Shown one piece after another: positions 1 to 9,306 of a stretch of 64,000 nt of DNA (positions are counted from its first letter, which is position 1; each line of letters opens with the position of its first letter). The notes below the pieces were generated by a model, which was given only the letters and a program-made list of their open reading frames with translations, searched no databases and was not told the DNA's origin. Position numbers and translations under genes: made by a program. Where the stretch lies: IMG/VR virus record IMGVR_UViG_3300042564_002819, positions 1 to 64,000 of that record; one strand, given 5' to 3'.

Positions 1-1
1 T

Positions 2-136
2 CAACCATTCAAAGGTCCTACTCTAATGATGCCTGAGTTCGCTACTCTTAATGAATTAATCAATACAAAACCCACAGACTACGTATTGCTTGACTATCAA
101 TATCACGAGACCATCAAGGCAACAATGGCAGTATGA
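2..136 (+). CDS. thyA: Thymidylate synthase, C-terminal fragment (5' partial)
   Basis: Manual translation QPFKGPTLMMPEF...DYVLLDYQYHETIKATMAV* resembles the ThyA C-terminus (Y.xH..IKAxMAV); stop overlaps the next ATG (ATGA). Confidence 0.65.
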   Translation, partial: QPFKGPTLMMPEFATLNELINTKPTDYVLLDYQYHETIKATMAV

Positions 137-402
137 TGGGGGTTAACATGGGTTATCAACCCGGGCCAAGAGAAACAGTTGATAAAAAATACGCTTTGTT
201 TCCTATTAAAACCAATAGCAATAGGTGGGTGTGGTTAAAAGAATATTATAAAATCAAAACCTACTATGACGAAAACGGAAAACCACCTATAAAGAGTTTG
301 ACTTGGGATTTGGTTTTAACCAAAAACGAATACTTGATTTGGTGTATTAAAAATCCTAAGAAAGAACCTGTGCTGCCAAGATTTAAAAGTGCAGTATATT
401 AA
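133..402 (+). CDS. Hypothetical protein
   Basis: 89 aa ORF translationally coupled to thyA and followed by a terminator. Confidence 0.6.
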   Translation: MMGVNMGYQPGPRETVDKKYALFPIKTNSNRWVWLKEYYKIKTYYDENGKPPIKSLTWDLVLTKNEYLIWCIKNPKKEPVLPRFKSAVY

Positions 403-429
403 ATAAAAGGGCCTTTCGGCCCTTTTATT
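402..429. terminator. Bidirectional intrinsic terminator
   Basis: AATAAAAGGGCC-TTTC-GGCCCTTTTATT perfect hairpin with A/T tracts, between convergent genes. Confidence 0.85.
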
Positions 430-1165
430 ATTCGTCTCCATATACCCGAAGAACTTCTTTTACTGCTTGATGGCGTTCAATATCTTTGTATGCAAATTCG
501 CAAACATCGATACGTTTTGCTTCAAAGTCTTTTAAGTGTCCGATAAAGTCTAATAATCCATTATCTTTGAGCCTATCAGCTTGTGCAAGATCACCTGTAA
601 CAACCATCTTTGAACCTGTGCCAATACGTGTTAATAGCATTTTCATTTGGTTCGGAGTGGCATTTTGCATTTCGTCTGCAATAATATATGCATCTTTAAA
701 TGTTCGACCACGCATGTATGCAAGAGGTGATATTTCAATAACCCCTTCTTGAATCATGCTTTCAATTTCGTTTGCATAGAAATATTCTCTAAAAACATCA
801 AATATCGGTCTAGTCCACGGTGCCATTTTTTGTTCTAAAGTACCTGGTAAAAACCCAAGATCCTCGTCTGCACTGACTGCTGGTCTTGTTACGATGATTC
901 TATCTACTTCACCATCTAAGAATTTTTTTACGGCCACCTGGCAAGCTATCATAGTTTTGCCGGTTCCTGCTGGACCAATTCCAAAGACTATGTCTTTACT
1001 CGAATCCAATAGTTGTAACACATAAGTTTCTTGACTCTTATTTCTTGGAAGTATATCAACTGTTCTAGTTTTTTTTGGAAGGAAAGTGTTAATTTTAACA
1101 ACGTTATTTGAAACAACGTTGTTAGACGAAAAAGTTGCTTGCTTTTTAGCTTTAGCTCTACCCAT
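428..1165 (-). CDS. phoH: PhoH family ATPase
   Basis: GPAGTGKT Walker A, LGFLPG, YMRGRTF, IADEMQN, GDLAQ.D motifs. Start moved from 1228 to MGRAKAK at 1165 because AGGAGG precedes it. Confidence 0.93.
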   Translation of the reverse strand: MGRAKAKKQATFSSNNVVSNNVVKINTFLPKKTRTVDILPRNKSQETYVLQLLDSSKDIVFGIGPAGTGKTMIACQVAVKKFLDGEVDRIIVTRPAVSADEDLGFLPGTLEQKMAPWTRPIFDVFREYFYANEIESMIQEGVIEISPLAYMRGRTFKDAYIIADEMQNATPNQMKMLLTRIGTGSKMVVTGDLAQADRLKDNGLLDFIGHLKDFEAKRIDVCEFAYKDIERHQAVKEVLRVYGDE

Positions 1166-1282
1166 TAAGTCCTCCTGTGAGTTCGGATAGCAGGGTGTAT
1201 TCCGTTGCAGGAATATCCTTCCCTGCACACTTATTTAACCTTTGATGACGAAAGAAAAGTGCGTATATTGAATAGTAAAACA

Positions 1283-1290
1283 GATAAATA
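1283..1290 (+). promoter_or_regulatory. Putative T4-type late promoter (GATAAATA)
   Basis: Matches the TATAAATA-like late consensus; lies 25 nt upstream of the operon starting at 1316. Confidence 0.55.
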
Positions 1291-1315
1291 AGTATAGAGT
1301 AAACTAGGAATTATT

Positions 1316-1864
1316 ATGGTAAACATTCTCGACACTTTAGACGTAATACGAAACATTGAAAGTATGTATGATAGCAATACGCTATTTAATGTACTAAAAG
1401 ACTTTGAACGAGTACTCGACGAACTTGATTTGTATGTTTACAAAAATTGGGAAGATGGGGAATTAGCCGCAGGACCTTCTGTTGACAGACATTGGGTTAC
1501 TGTTAAGTTTTTCTGGCCTAAAGAAAAGATGCCCGACCCAATGGGTGGGAAAAGATTATTAGATTACGATTGCAAAATAAAATACGAAAAATCTTACTTA
1601 ATTAAGCCAAAAAAAGTTTTAACACAAGACGATTTTAGACCGGGTACTAAAAAAGGCAAACTTGAAAGACATCCTATCTGGATAGTAGAAATAAAAATGC
1701 CTAAAAAATTACTTTCGGATATGTATACATCGCATTTAGAAGATCTCGATTTAGAAACATCCGATGTTCAATTAAAACCAAATGTTCCAACTGAGGCACC
1801 GCCGGAACCTGGTTCGACTGGTGCTGGAGAACAACTTACACCAATTAGCGGAGAAAATCTATAA
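1316..1864 (+). CDS. Hypothetical phage protein
   Basis: 182 aa ORF with SD (AGGA), coupled to the next gene. Confidence 0.75.
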   Translation: MVNILDTLDVIRNIESMYDSNTLFNVLKDFERVLDELDLYVYKNWEDGELAAGPSVDRHWVTVKFFWPKEKMPDPMGGKRLLDYDCKIKYEKSYLIKPKKVLTQDDFRPGTKKGKLERHPIWIVEIKMPKKLLSDMYTSHLEDLDLETSDVQLKPNVPTEAPPEPGSTGAGEQLTPISGENL

Positions 1865-2583
1865 TGTCTTTAAATACTGGCGATTTAGTTGACATGGTCG
1901 ACAAGGTACTTGAAATCGACGCATATAAAAGCAAAATGGGTAGCGATCAAGACATTGTTGTATTAAGTTTTACAGTTTTAGAAGAGGCACCTGCTAAAGA
2001 TTTGGTTAACTTTATTGAAAAGGGTTATTCGTTTGTGCTAGACGCTGCTACATCAAGTGGCGAACAAGATGACGGTATGTATAAAGTATTTGTTGAGATT
2101 GAGCGTGACAAACAAATTGCTGAACAAATAATGGAATTGATGGACGGTATAAAGAAGTTAACTAATAAAAATAATTATAGATTTAGATATTACAAATCAT
2201 TTAAGTCTGTTCCGTTAACTTTAGAAAATTTACAAAAAGAAGTTCCATCCACTACAGAAGATTATACAGAAGTTGTAACAGAATCTAACATGAACAACTT
2301 TAAGAACTTTTTTAATAAAAGTTATTTAGAATCTATAGATTTAGATTCCAATGATGAATTAGTATTAAAAAAAGCCTATGCTGATCCAATTGGTTTTAAA
2401 ATTAAAGATTTTGGCAATTCTCAACATGTAAACGAAAATATTTCTGAAAAAATTAACATGAACGATTATGCAGAAATTTTATTTTTAACTAAGTATATTG
2501 GTGACTATAACGTAACAAAATTTGGTAATAAAACTCTCACTTTTGAAAACAACGGTCATATGTTAGTTTTAGAAAGACTATAA
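1864..2583 (+). CDS. Hypothetical phage protein
   Basis: 239 aa ORF with TAATG coupling. Confidence 0.75.
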   Translation: MSLNTGDLVDMVDKVLEIDAYKSKMGSDQDIVVLSFTVLEEAPAKDLVNFIEKGYSFVLDAATSSGEQDDGMYKVFVEIERDKQIAEQIMELMDGIKKLTNKNNYRFRYYKSFKSVPLTLENLQKEVPSTTEDYTEVVTESNMNNFKNFFNKSYLESIDLDSNDELVLKKAYADPIGFKIKDFGNSQHVNENISEKINMNDYAEILFLTKYIGDYNVTKFGNKTLTFENNGHMLVLERL

Positions 2584-2618
2584 GAGTTACACATAAAAAA
2601 CGAAAGGGTAAAACAATA

Positions 2619-3506
2619 ATGAGTGCTGACCAATTTAAATTTAAATTTACTAAAGAACAATTAAAAGAAATACTACACGGAAATCCAGATTCAGACAAAT
2701 GGTTTGAAGCATGTGTTTCAATTTTTCCAAAATATGAAATTACAACAATCGAGCGTGTAGCAGGATTTCTAGCCCAATGTGCTCATGAATCCGGTAATTT
2801 TAAAATGTTAGAAGAAAACCTAAACTATAAAGAAGAAACTCTTCTTAAAGTTTTCCCACGTTACTTTGGACCAGGAAAGCGTAACGCAAAAGAATACGCT
2901 CGTAACCCAGAGAAGATTGCAAACTATGTTTACATGGACGAGTTCCGTACTAGCAAGATGGGTAACGTAAAAGAAGGCGACGGCTGGAGATTCCGCGGTC
3001 GTGGACTTAAGCAGTTGACTGGTCGTGAGAACTACACTAACTTTGGTAAGAGTGTTAACATGACAGCAGAACAAGCCGCAGATTATGTTGCAACAGAAAA
3101 AGGTGCTATCGAATCAGCTTGCTGGTTCTGGAATAGTAAAAAATTAAATGCTGTTGCTGATACACAAGACATTGTTAAAATGACCAAGATCATCAACGGT
3201 GGCGACATTGGTTTAGCTGATCGTAAAAGCCGTTTTGAACATGCATTAAAGGTACTTGGCGGAAATTTTACGCCATCCGCTGCCGCATCAAGCGTATCTA
3301 CCGCAGCGTCAGCATCGACTTCAGAAACTTTAAAGAAAGGATCAAAAGGCCCTTCCGTAGCAAAATTGCAAGAAGCACTTGGAATTACAGCAGACGGCTC
3401 ATTTGGCCCTGGAACAGAGTCAGCATTAAAGGCTTGGCAAGCAAAGAATGGGTTAACAGCGGACGGAGTAGCTGGACCAAAAACGTTAGCAAAGTTACTA
3501 AGTTAA
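2619..3506 (+). CDS. Endolysin: glycoside hydrolase family 19 domain plus C-terminal peptidoglycan-binding domain
   Basis: FLAQCAHESG, DGWRFRGRGLKQLTGRENY, KIINGG GH19 motifs; Ala/Ser linker; LKKGSKGPSVAKLQEALG..ADGSFGPGT..ALKAWQ..NGL.ADGVAGPKT PG_binding_1 domain. Confidence 0.92.
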   Translation: MSADQFKFKFTKEQLKEILHGNPDSDKWFEACVSIFPKYEITTIERVAGFLAQCAHESGNFKMLEENLNYKEETLLKVFPRYFGPGKRNAKEYARNPEKIANYVYMDEFRTSKMGNVKEGDGWRFRGRGLKQLTGRENYTNFGKSVNMTAEQAADYVATEKGAIESACWFWNSKKLNAVADTQDIVKMTKIINGGDIGLADRKSRFEHALKVLGGNFTPSAAASSVSTAASASTSETLKKGSKGPSVAKLQEALGITADGSFGPGTESALKAWQAKNGLTADGVAGPKTLAKLLS

Positions 3507-3535
3507 CCAATATAGGTATTCCTGGAGGTGGCAAT

Positions 3536-4000
3536 ATGTTAGGTCTAAAAGGCATGATGATTATGGGAGCAGTAATGGCAACTATGGCCGGTGGCTTTTA
3601 CTTCTACTATCAAGATAGTCAAAAACGCATGGCCGTTTTACAAGCTAACAATGCTAAACTAGAAACAGCAGTTCAAATCAATGAAGAAACTATTACAACT
3701 CTGCAGGCTGATTATGCAAAAGCTAATGCAGAGTTGAATAGAATTAACAACGAGTTTCAAAAGATTAGAGAGCAAAACAAAGAGCTCTCTAATCGTTTAG
3801 CAAAGCACGATTTAGGATTATTGGGTAGTGAAAAACCTGCATTAGTAGAACGTATTATTAACGGTGCAAGTAATAAAGTAGGAAGATGCTTTGAGCTATT
3901 AAGCGGAGCAGAACTAACAGACAATGAAAGGAATGCAAAAGATGCAAAATCGTTCAATAGTGAATGTCCTTGGCTTTACGACAGCCTTGTTAACAATTAG
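3536..4000 (+). CDS. Inner-membrane spanin (Rz-like)
   Basis: N-terminal hydrophobic helix, long coiled coil, C-terminal Cys residues; start at 3536 after GGAGG; lies between endolysin and lipoprotein. Confidence 0.75.
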   Translation: MLGLKGMMIMGAVMATMAGGFYFYYQDSQKRMAVLQANNAKLETAVQINEETITTLQADYAKANAELNRINNEFQKIREQNKELSNRLAKHDLGLLGSEKPALVERIINGASNKVGRCFELLSGAELTDNERNAKDAKSFNSECPWLYDSLVNN

Positions 4001-4403
4001 TGCGTGTTCAGCACCACCTAGGGAAATACAAGTAAGTGCAAAACCAATTGAAAAACCTGAATTGGTTTTGCCAAAATCCGACAGACTTAGCACTAGAGAA
4101 GTAGAATGGATTGTTATTACTCCTGAGAATTTTCAAGAGATAGTTTCTAAAATTTCTGCAAAAGGTAAACCAGTTGTATTTTTTGCATTAACAGACGAAG
4201 GATACGAAGCACTTGCACTTAACCTCAGTGACTTACGAGCATTTATGCAACAACAACAAGCAATTATAGTTGCATACGAAGGTTACTACAAGGATAGCAA
4301 TAGTGCATTAGAAGCTGCTAATGCAGAGATTGAAAATGTTAACAGCGAAGTAAATGCTGCCAACACAGAGCAACCAAAACGACGTATATGGCCATTTAAT
4401 TAA
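3942..4403 (+). CDS. Outer-membrane spanin lipoprotein (Rz1-like)
   Basis: Signal peptide ending in lipobox ISA-C; overlaps the i-spanin 3' end; start may be 3924, 3933 or 3942. Confidence 0.75.
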   Translation: MQNRSIVNVLGFTTALLTISACSAPPREIQVSAKPIEKPELVLPKSDRLSTREVEWIVITPENFQEIVSKISAKGKPVVFFALTDEGYEALALNLSDLRAFMQQQQAIIVAYEGYYKDSNSALEAANAEIENVNSEVNAANTEQPKRRIWPFN

Positions 4404-4405
4404 TC

Positions 4406-4663
4406 ATGGAAGAAGATTTTATTAATAAAAAATGGAGGCCCATGATGGCATGGACTTACATGATTATTAATATTTTTGACTTTATTTTATTTCCTATATT
4501 CTGGTCAATGTTGCAAACAATACACGGCGGTATTGTAACACAACAATGGGATCCTATTACGCTAGGCGGTGGTGGGTTATTTCATGTTGCTATGGGTGCA
4601 GTACTTGGTATTGCAGCATATGGACGAACTAAAGAAAAACTTGAAGACAAACACATGTCATAA
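4406..4663 (+). CDS. Holin-like membrane protein
   Basis: 85 aa; KWRP..AW start, hydrophobic segments, LGIAAYGRTKEK end, resembling 3TM GTA-type holins; ends the lysis cassette. Confidence 0.7.
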   Translation: MEEDFINKKWRPMMAWTYMIINIFDFILFPIFWSMLQTIHGGIVTQQWDPITLGGGGLFHVAMGAVLGIAAYGRTKEKLEDKHMS

Positions 4664-4667
4664 TCAC

Positions 4668-4697
4668 TTGACATTATAGATAGTCTAGCTATATACT
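4668..4697 (+). promoter_or_regulatory. Sigma70-type promoter for dnaJ-def-clpA (probably leaderless)
   Basis: TTGACA-18nt-TATACT; ATG begins 7 nt after the -10 box with no SD. Confidence 0.65.
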
Positions 4698-4703
4698 TAT
4701 AGT

Positions 4704-5516
4704 ATGGACTATTATTCAATTTTAGGCGTTAGCAAGTCTGCAAGCCAAGAAGAAATTAAAAAAGCTTACAGAAATTTAGTTATGGAACATCACCCCGATA
4801 AGGGCGGTGACCATGCTAAGTTTTCTGCAATCAATGAAGCATACGAAACATTAAAAGATCCGGCTAAACGTGCAGAGTACGATTCGCCTACACCGCAAGG
4901 ATTCGCCTATCAAAACTTTAATGGCCCAAGATTTGAAGATTTGTTCTCAGATCTATTTGGTCAATTTAGACAGCAACAAGCAAAAAACAGAGACATAAAG
5001 CTGTCAATAACACTTTCTTTAGAAGACGTATTAACCGAAAAAGATTTGATAGTTAATTACTCGTTGCTTAATGGTAAAAATACACATGCAAATATTAAAA
5101 TTCATGCAGGGGTTGAAAGCGGAGAAAGTATTAGGTTTAGAGGACTCGGTGATAATACAATAAGTCATTACCCTCGAGGTGACTTGATTGTTTTTATAAA
5201 GATTAAAAATCATAATACATTTTTAAGAGACGGAAAACATTTAAAAATTACACATTCGGTTAACATTTTCGATTTAATTTTAGGAACAAAAATTGAATTG
5301 GGTGTGTTATCCGGCGGAAAAATAAGTTTATCAGTTCCAAAGGGAACACAACCCGGAACAGTTATGAGTGTTTCGGGATATGGATTGCCGTGCTATAGAA
5401 CAGGTATAACTGGTAATTTATATGTTACATTGAAAGGTGTTGTTCCAAAAATTGAAGATAAGAAGTTATTAGAAAGGATTCAAGAATTAAATGATGCAAT
5501 TAATAAAGGCTCCTAA
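4704..5516 (+). CDS. dnaJ: DnaJ/CbpA-type co-chaperone (J domain plus C-terminal domain, no zinc finger)
   Basis: DYYSILGV..ASQEEIKKAYR...HHPDKGG J domain with HPD; RFRGLG, GDL, VPKGTQPG, G.GLP C-terminal motifs. Confidence 0.92.
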   Translation: MDYYSILGVSKSASQEEIKKAYRNLVMEHHPDKGGDHAKFSAINEAYETLKDPAKRAEYDSPTPQGFAYQNFNGPRFEDLFSDLFGQFRQQQAKNRDIKLSITLSLEDVLTEKDLIVNYSLLNGKNTHANIKIHAGVESGESIRFRGLGDNTISHYPRGDLIVFIKIKNHNTFLRDGKHLKITHSVNIFDLILGTKIELGVLSGGKISLSVPKGTQPGTVMSVSGYGLPCYRTGITGNLYVTLKGVVPKIEDKKLLERIQELNDAINKGS

Positions 5517-6009
5517 CTTAATGTTAGAGGCTCCTGTTAAAAAGTTTGATTACGAATTAATGCATCCAGCACCGCTTGCACTCGACATGATAGACATCAT
5601 GAATAAAGAAAGTGGGCTTGGGTTAAGTGCAAATCAAGTAGGATTGAACGCACAAATCTTTGTTATGAAAACTATATTAAATAAAACCCACGGCAATCCG
5701 TTGGTAGTTATTAACCCTATAATTACAGGTTTGAGCAAAGAGATAGAAGAAGGTATAGAAGGCTGCTTGAGCCATCCTGATTTATTCTTGAAGGTTAGGA
5801 GACCTATATCCTGTACAGTTGAATTTGACACCTTGACAAATGACCTTAAAAGTGTTATACATGTAGATACAAAGTTCGATGACATAGATGCCCGCATATT
5901 CTTACACGAATATGATCATTTGCACGGCATTCAGTTTACTAACCGAGTCAGTAAATTGAAACTAACAATGGCAGAAAAACGTCGATTAAAAAGGAAAAAG
6001 AATGGTTGA
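5491..6009 (+). CDS. def: Peptide deformylase
   Basis: GLGLSANQVG, EGCLS and HEYDHLHG motifs. Confidence 0.93.
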   Translation: MMQLIKAPNLMLEAPVKKFDYELMHPAPLALDMIDIMNKESGLGLSANQVGLNAQIFVMKTILNKTHGNPLVVINPIITGLSKEIEEGIEGCLSHPDLFLKVRRPISCTVEFDTLTNDLKSVIHVDTKFDDIDARIFLHEYDHLHGIQFTNRVSKLKLTMAEKRRLKRKKNG

Positions 6010-8260
6010 GCCAACTAAACACTTACAATTAGTTTTTGATAAAGCTAACAATGATGCAAAAAAGTTGCAACACGAGTATATTACACTTGAGCATCTTTTG
6101 TACGCAATGCTATGTGATGAAAATTTTGAAGGCATTATTACTGGGTACGGTGCAGACCCAGTTCTAATGAAGAAAAATTTAGAAAATTATCTTAAAACTA
6201 AGTTAGAAGAAATTAAAGTTACTGATACTAAGTATAAGCCTAAAAAAACTAGTACAGTTGAAAGAGTGCTTAGTCGTGCGTTTGCACAGGTACTTTTCCA
6301 AGGAAGAAATCAAATTGACATCTCTGATGTTTTTATAAGCATCTTGAGTGAAAAAAGATCACATGCATACTTTATCACTCAGCAAGCTGGCATTGACAAA
6401 GATAAATTTGTCATGCACATTAACACAGATGTCGAAGAGTACAGCGAAGCTACTCAAGAAGTATTTGAAAATCAAGGTATTGCAAGTAAAGCACTAAAAA
6501 CATTTACTACTGATTTGAATGCTAATGTTAAGGCAAATAAGATTGATCCGGTGATTGGTCGAGATGAAGAAATTGAACAAGTTGCATTGGCTCTCGGTCG
6601 TCGTACAAAATCTAACGTGCTAATGGTCGGCGATCCGGGTGTTGGTAAAACTGCAATTGCAGAAGGTCTTGCATGGCGTATTGTTAACAAGCAAGTGCCT
6701 AAGTTCTTAGAAGACTATACTGTGTACTCGTTGGACATTGGAAGTATGCTTGCTGGTTCCAAGTATCGCGGAGACTTTGAAGAACGATTTAAACTTGTGT
6801 TGCAAGGCTTAACTACAAAAGGCAACACCATTATGTTTATCGACGAAGCACACATGATTTCAGGTGCCGGTGCCGGTAGCGGAAACAGTGCAAACGATCT
6901 TGCTAATATGCTAAAACCTGCACTGTCAAAAGGAAATATTAAAGTAGTTGCATCTACTACTTGGGAAGAATATCGCAAGTATTTCGAAAAAGATCGTGCT
7001 CTTATGCGTCGTTTCCAACGTGTAAGTGTTGACGAACCTACGTCCGAGATGGCAATTGATATTCTTAAAGGAGTTAGAAAATACTACGAAGAGTATCACA
7101 AGGTCGAAATTACTGACGCAGCAATTGAAGAAGCTGTTAAGTTATCAGTAAAATATCAAGCTGACAAAAAGCTTCCTGATAAAGCGATTGATCTTATCGA
7201 CGTTGCATGTTCTAGATTTAAAGTTCTAGAACAAGAAGATAATAAAGTAGTTGACGTCAAGAATATTCAATTTGAATTGGCAAAGTTAATTAAGATTCCT
7301 GAAGAACAAGTTGCTGAAAAAGAAACTGAAAATCTTGCTCACCTCGAGTCTAATCTTAAAGGAAGTGTATACGGACAAGATTCTGCAATCGAAACTATTG
7401 TCGACAAGATTTTAGTAGCACAAGCCGGTCTTAAATCAGAAAACAAACCTATTGGGTCGTTTGTGTTTATGGGTCCAACTGGTACAGGTAAGACTGAAAC
7501 AGCCAAACAACTTGCAAAACATCTCGGAGTAAATCTTGTTAGATTTGACATGAGTGAATACCAAGAAAAGCATTCGGTTGCAAAGTTTATCGGTGCACCT
7601 CCGGGTTATGTAGGGTTTGAAGACAACGCCGGACAACTTATAGTTAAGCTACAGGAGAATCCAAATTGCGTTCTTTTGCTTGACGAAATTGAAAAAGCAC
7701 ATCCAGAAGTTAGTGCAGTTTTGTTGCAACTAATGGATAACGGTAAAGTCACTGGCTCAAACGGCAAAGAAGCAGATGCGAGAAATTGCATACTTATCTT
7801 AACTACTAACTTAGGTGCTAAAGAAGCAGAGAAGAACAGTATCGGATTTGGAGACAGCTTAGAAAGAGATTACGAAGACGGTGAATTAAAGAAATACTTT
7901 GCACCAGAATTCCGTAATAGACTTGACGCTATTATTACATTTAGCAAGCTTGGTAAACCGGTAATGCTCAAGATTGTAGGGAAGTTCTTGTCTGAACTTA
8001 GAGATCAGGTTGCTGGAAAAGAAATTAAGATTTCAGTTACCGACGAAGCTCTTGACTATCTTGTTGACAAAGGTTTTGATACTAAGATGGGAGCTAGACC
8101 GTTGCAACGTGTTATTGACAAAGATATTAAACGTCCACTATCGAGACTTATGTTGTTCGGAGAGTTAAAGAACGGCGGCAAAGTTAACATCAATTTAAAA
8201 AATAATGAGATAACCCTTGAAGTATTTGCAAATGAAGAATCAAAAATTGCACGAAACTAA
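6002..8260 (+). CDS. clpA: ClpA-like AAA+ chaperone/protease ATPase subunit
   Basis: Clp N domain, two Walker A motifs (GDPGVGKT, GPTGTGKT), KYRGDFEER, RFDMSEYQEKHSV, GARPL; 752 aa without the ClpB middle domain. Confidence 0.93.
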   Translation: MVEPTKHLQLVFDKANNDAKKLQHEYITLEHLLYAMLCDENFEGIITGYGADPVLMKKNLENYLKTKLEEIKVTDTKYKPKKTSTVERVLSRAFAQVLFQGRNQIDISDVFISILSEKRSHAYFITQQAGIDKDKFVMHINTDVEEYSEATQEVFENQGIASKALKTFTTDLNANVKANKIDPVIGRDEEIEQVALALGRRTKSNVLMVGDPGVGKTAIAEGLAWRIVNKQVPKFLEDYTVYSLDIGSMLAGSKYRGDFEERFKLVLQGLTTKGNTIMFIDEAHMISGAGAGSGNSANDLANMLKPALSKGNIKVVASTTWEEYRKYFEKDRALMRRFQRVSVDEPTSEMAIDILKGVRKYYEEYHKVEITDAAIEEAVKLSVKYQADKKLPDKAIDLIDVACSRFKVLEQEDNKVVDVKNIQFELAKLIKIPEEQVAEKETENLAHLESNLKGSVYGQDSAIETIVDKILVAQAGLKSENKPIGSFVFMGPTGTGKTETAKQLAKHLGVNLVRFDMSEYQEKHSVAKFIGAPPGYVGFEDNAGQLIVKLQENPNCVLLLDEIEKAHPEVSAVLLQLMDNGKVTGSNGKEADARNCILILTTNLGAKEAEKNSIGFGDSLERDYEDGELKKYFAPEFRNRLDAIITFSKLGKPVMLKIVGKFLSELRDQVAGKEIKISVTDEALDYLVDKGFDTKMGARPLQRVIDKDIKRPLSRLMLFGELKNGGKVNINLKNNEITLEVFANEESKIARN

Positions 8261-8927
8261 AAAACTGCATTACGGAAAATATTTGTACAAGATTAGTATC
8301 GAAAATCCTCTGACATATATTTTCCGTACACAGAATCAACGTAGTGGTAAACTCGGCTATGCTAGAACTAAACTAGAAGAGTTTGTCACTAACAAAAAGC
8401 CGAAGTCTTTTGTATTAAATACACGATACAGAAAAACAGTAGTCGAGCCCGAACACATCAAAGATGCACAATCGATTTATAATATACTCAGAATCGAGGA
8501 AGATTATATAATAAGATGTGAGCACAAGAAGTTACTCATTTATAGCAATTCTGTAGACTTAATCGACAAAATTTCTAATAAAGTAGTAGGTGAAGTCGAA
8601 ACCTGGAAGCCAGATGATAAAGCATTATCTACTTTAACAGAACAAAAAAACGTTATTATAAGTAACAAACCTACCGACTATCCTTACAAAGTTACGTTTG
8701 GTAACAAACCTGCAAAGCCTGAATTAGCTGCGTGGATTGCAAAAAATACCGATAAAGTATTAGCCGGACCTATCTTGATGAAAAATCTCCAATACGGCCT
8801 TCGGTGGATACAAGGACAGTACATATTTGCTAGAGACGAAAACATTATTATGTTATTACAAATGATTGTTGGTGATAACATAGCAAGAATTGATAAAATA
8901 ATCTATAAGGCTAATATAGATAAATAG
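8217..8927 (+). CDS. Hypothetical protein
   Basis: Long ORF overlapping the clpA end; start may be 8232. Confidence 0.7.
   Translation: MKYLQMKNQKLHETKKLHYGKYLYKISIENPLTYIFRTQNQRSGKLGYARTKLEEFVTNKKPKSFVLNTRYRKTVVEPEHIKDAQSIYNILRIEEDYIIRCEHKKLLIYSNSVDLIDKISNKVVGEVETWKPDDKALSTLTEQKNVIISNKPTDYPYKVTFGNKPAKPELAAWIAKNTDKVLAGPILMKNLQYGLRWIQGQYIFARDENIIMLLQMIVGDNIARIDKIIYKANIDK
8919..8926 (+). promoter_or_regulatory. Putative late promoter (GATAAATA)
   Basis: Late consensus ending 5 nt before the ATG at 8932, at the head of the small modular-protein cluster. Confidence 0.55.
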
Positions 8928-8931
8928 TTAT

Positions 8932-9297
8932 ATGTCAGTAACTAGCGAAATTATTTTATCAGTGCAAACTCATCCTGTCGGTAACAGTGAAGAATCTGTT
9001 ACCGGCAATTCCTTTAAAGGCGACGGATATTACAATAGATCCGACGGATTTCATACTGTGCAGTACAGTGTTATTGGATTTGTTGGTACTATCAAGATGC
9101 AAGCCACACTGTCTACTAGTCCAGCCGAAGGCGATTGGTTCACAGTATCTGATTCAGTTCATACAAGTGCTAACACTAATGCAACTGAAAGTAATGGTTC
9201 ATTTATTAAAAATTTTACAGGTAACTATGTGTGGGTTAGAGCAGTCATATCCGGTTGGACTGCTGGCACTGTTTCGTCGATATTGTTAAATCACTAA
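8932..9297 (+). CDS. Hypothetical protein, beta-rich, possibly a virion component
   Basis: 121 aa, Ser/Thr/Gly-rich; follows a late promoter. Confidence 0.65.
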   Translation: MSVTSEIILSVQTHPVGNSEESVTGNSFKGDGYYNRSDGFHTVQYSVIGFVGTIKMQATLSTSPAEGDWFTVSDSVHTSANTNATESNGSFIKNFTGNYVWVRAVISGWTAGTVSSILLNH

Positions 9298-9306
9298 GGA
9301 AGTATT

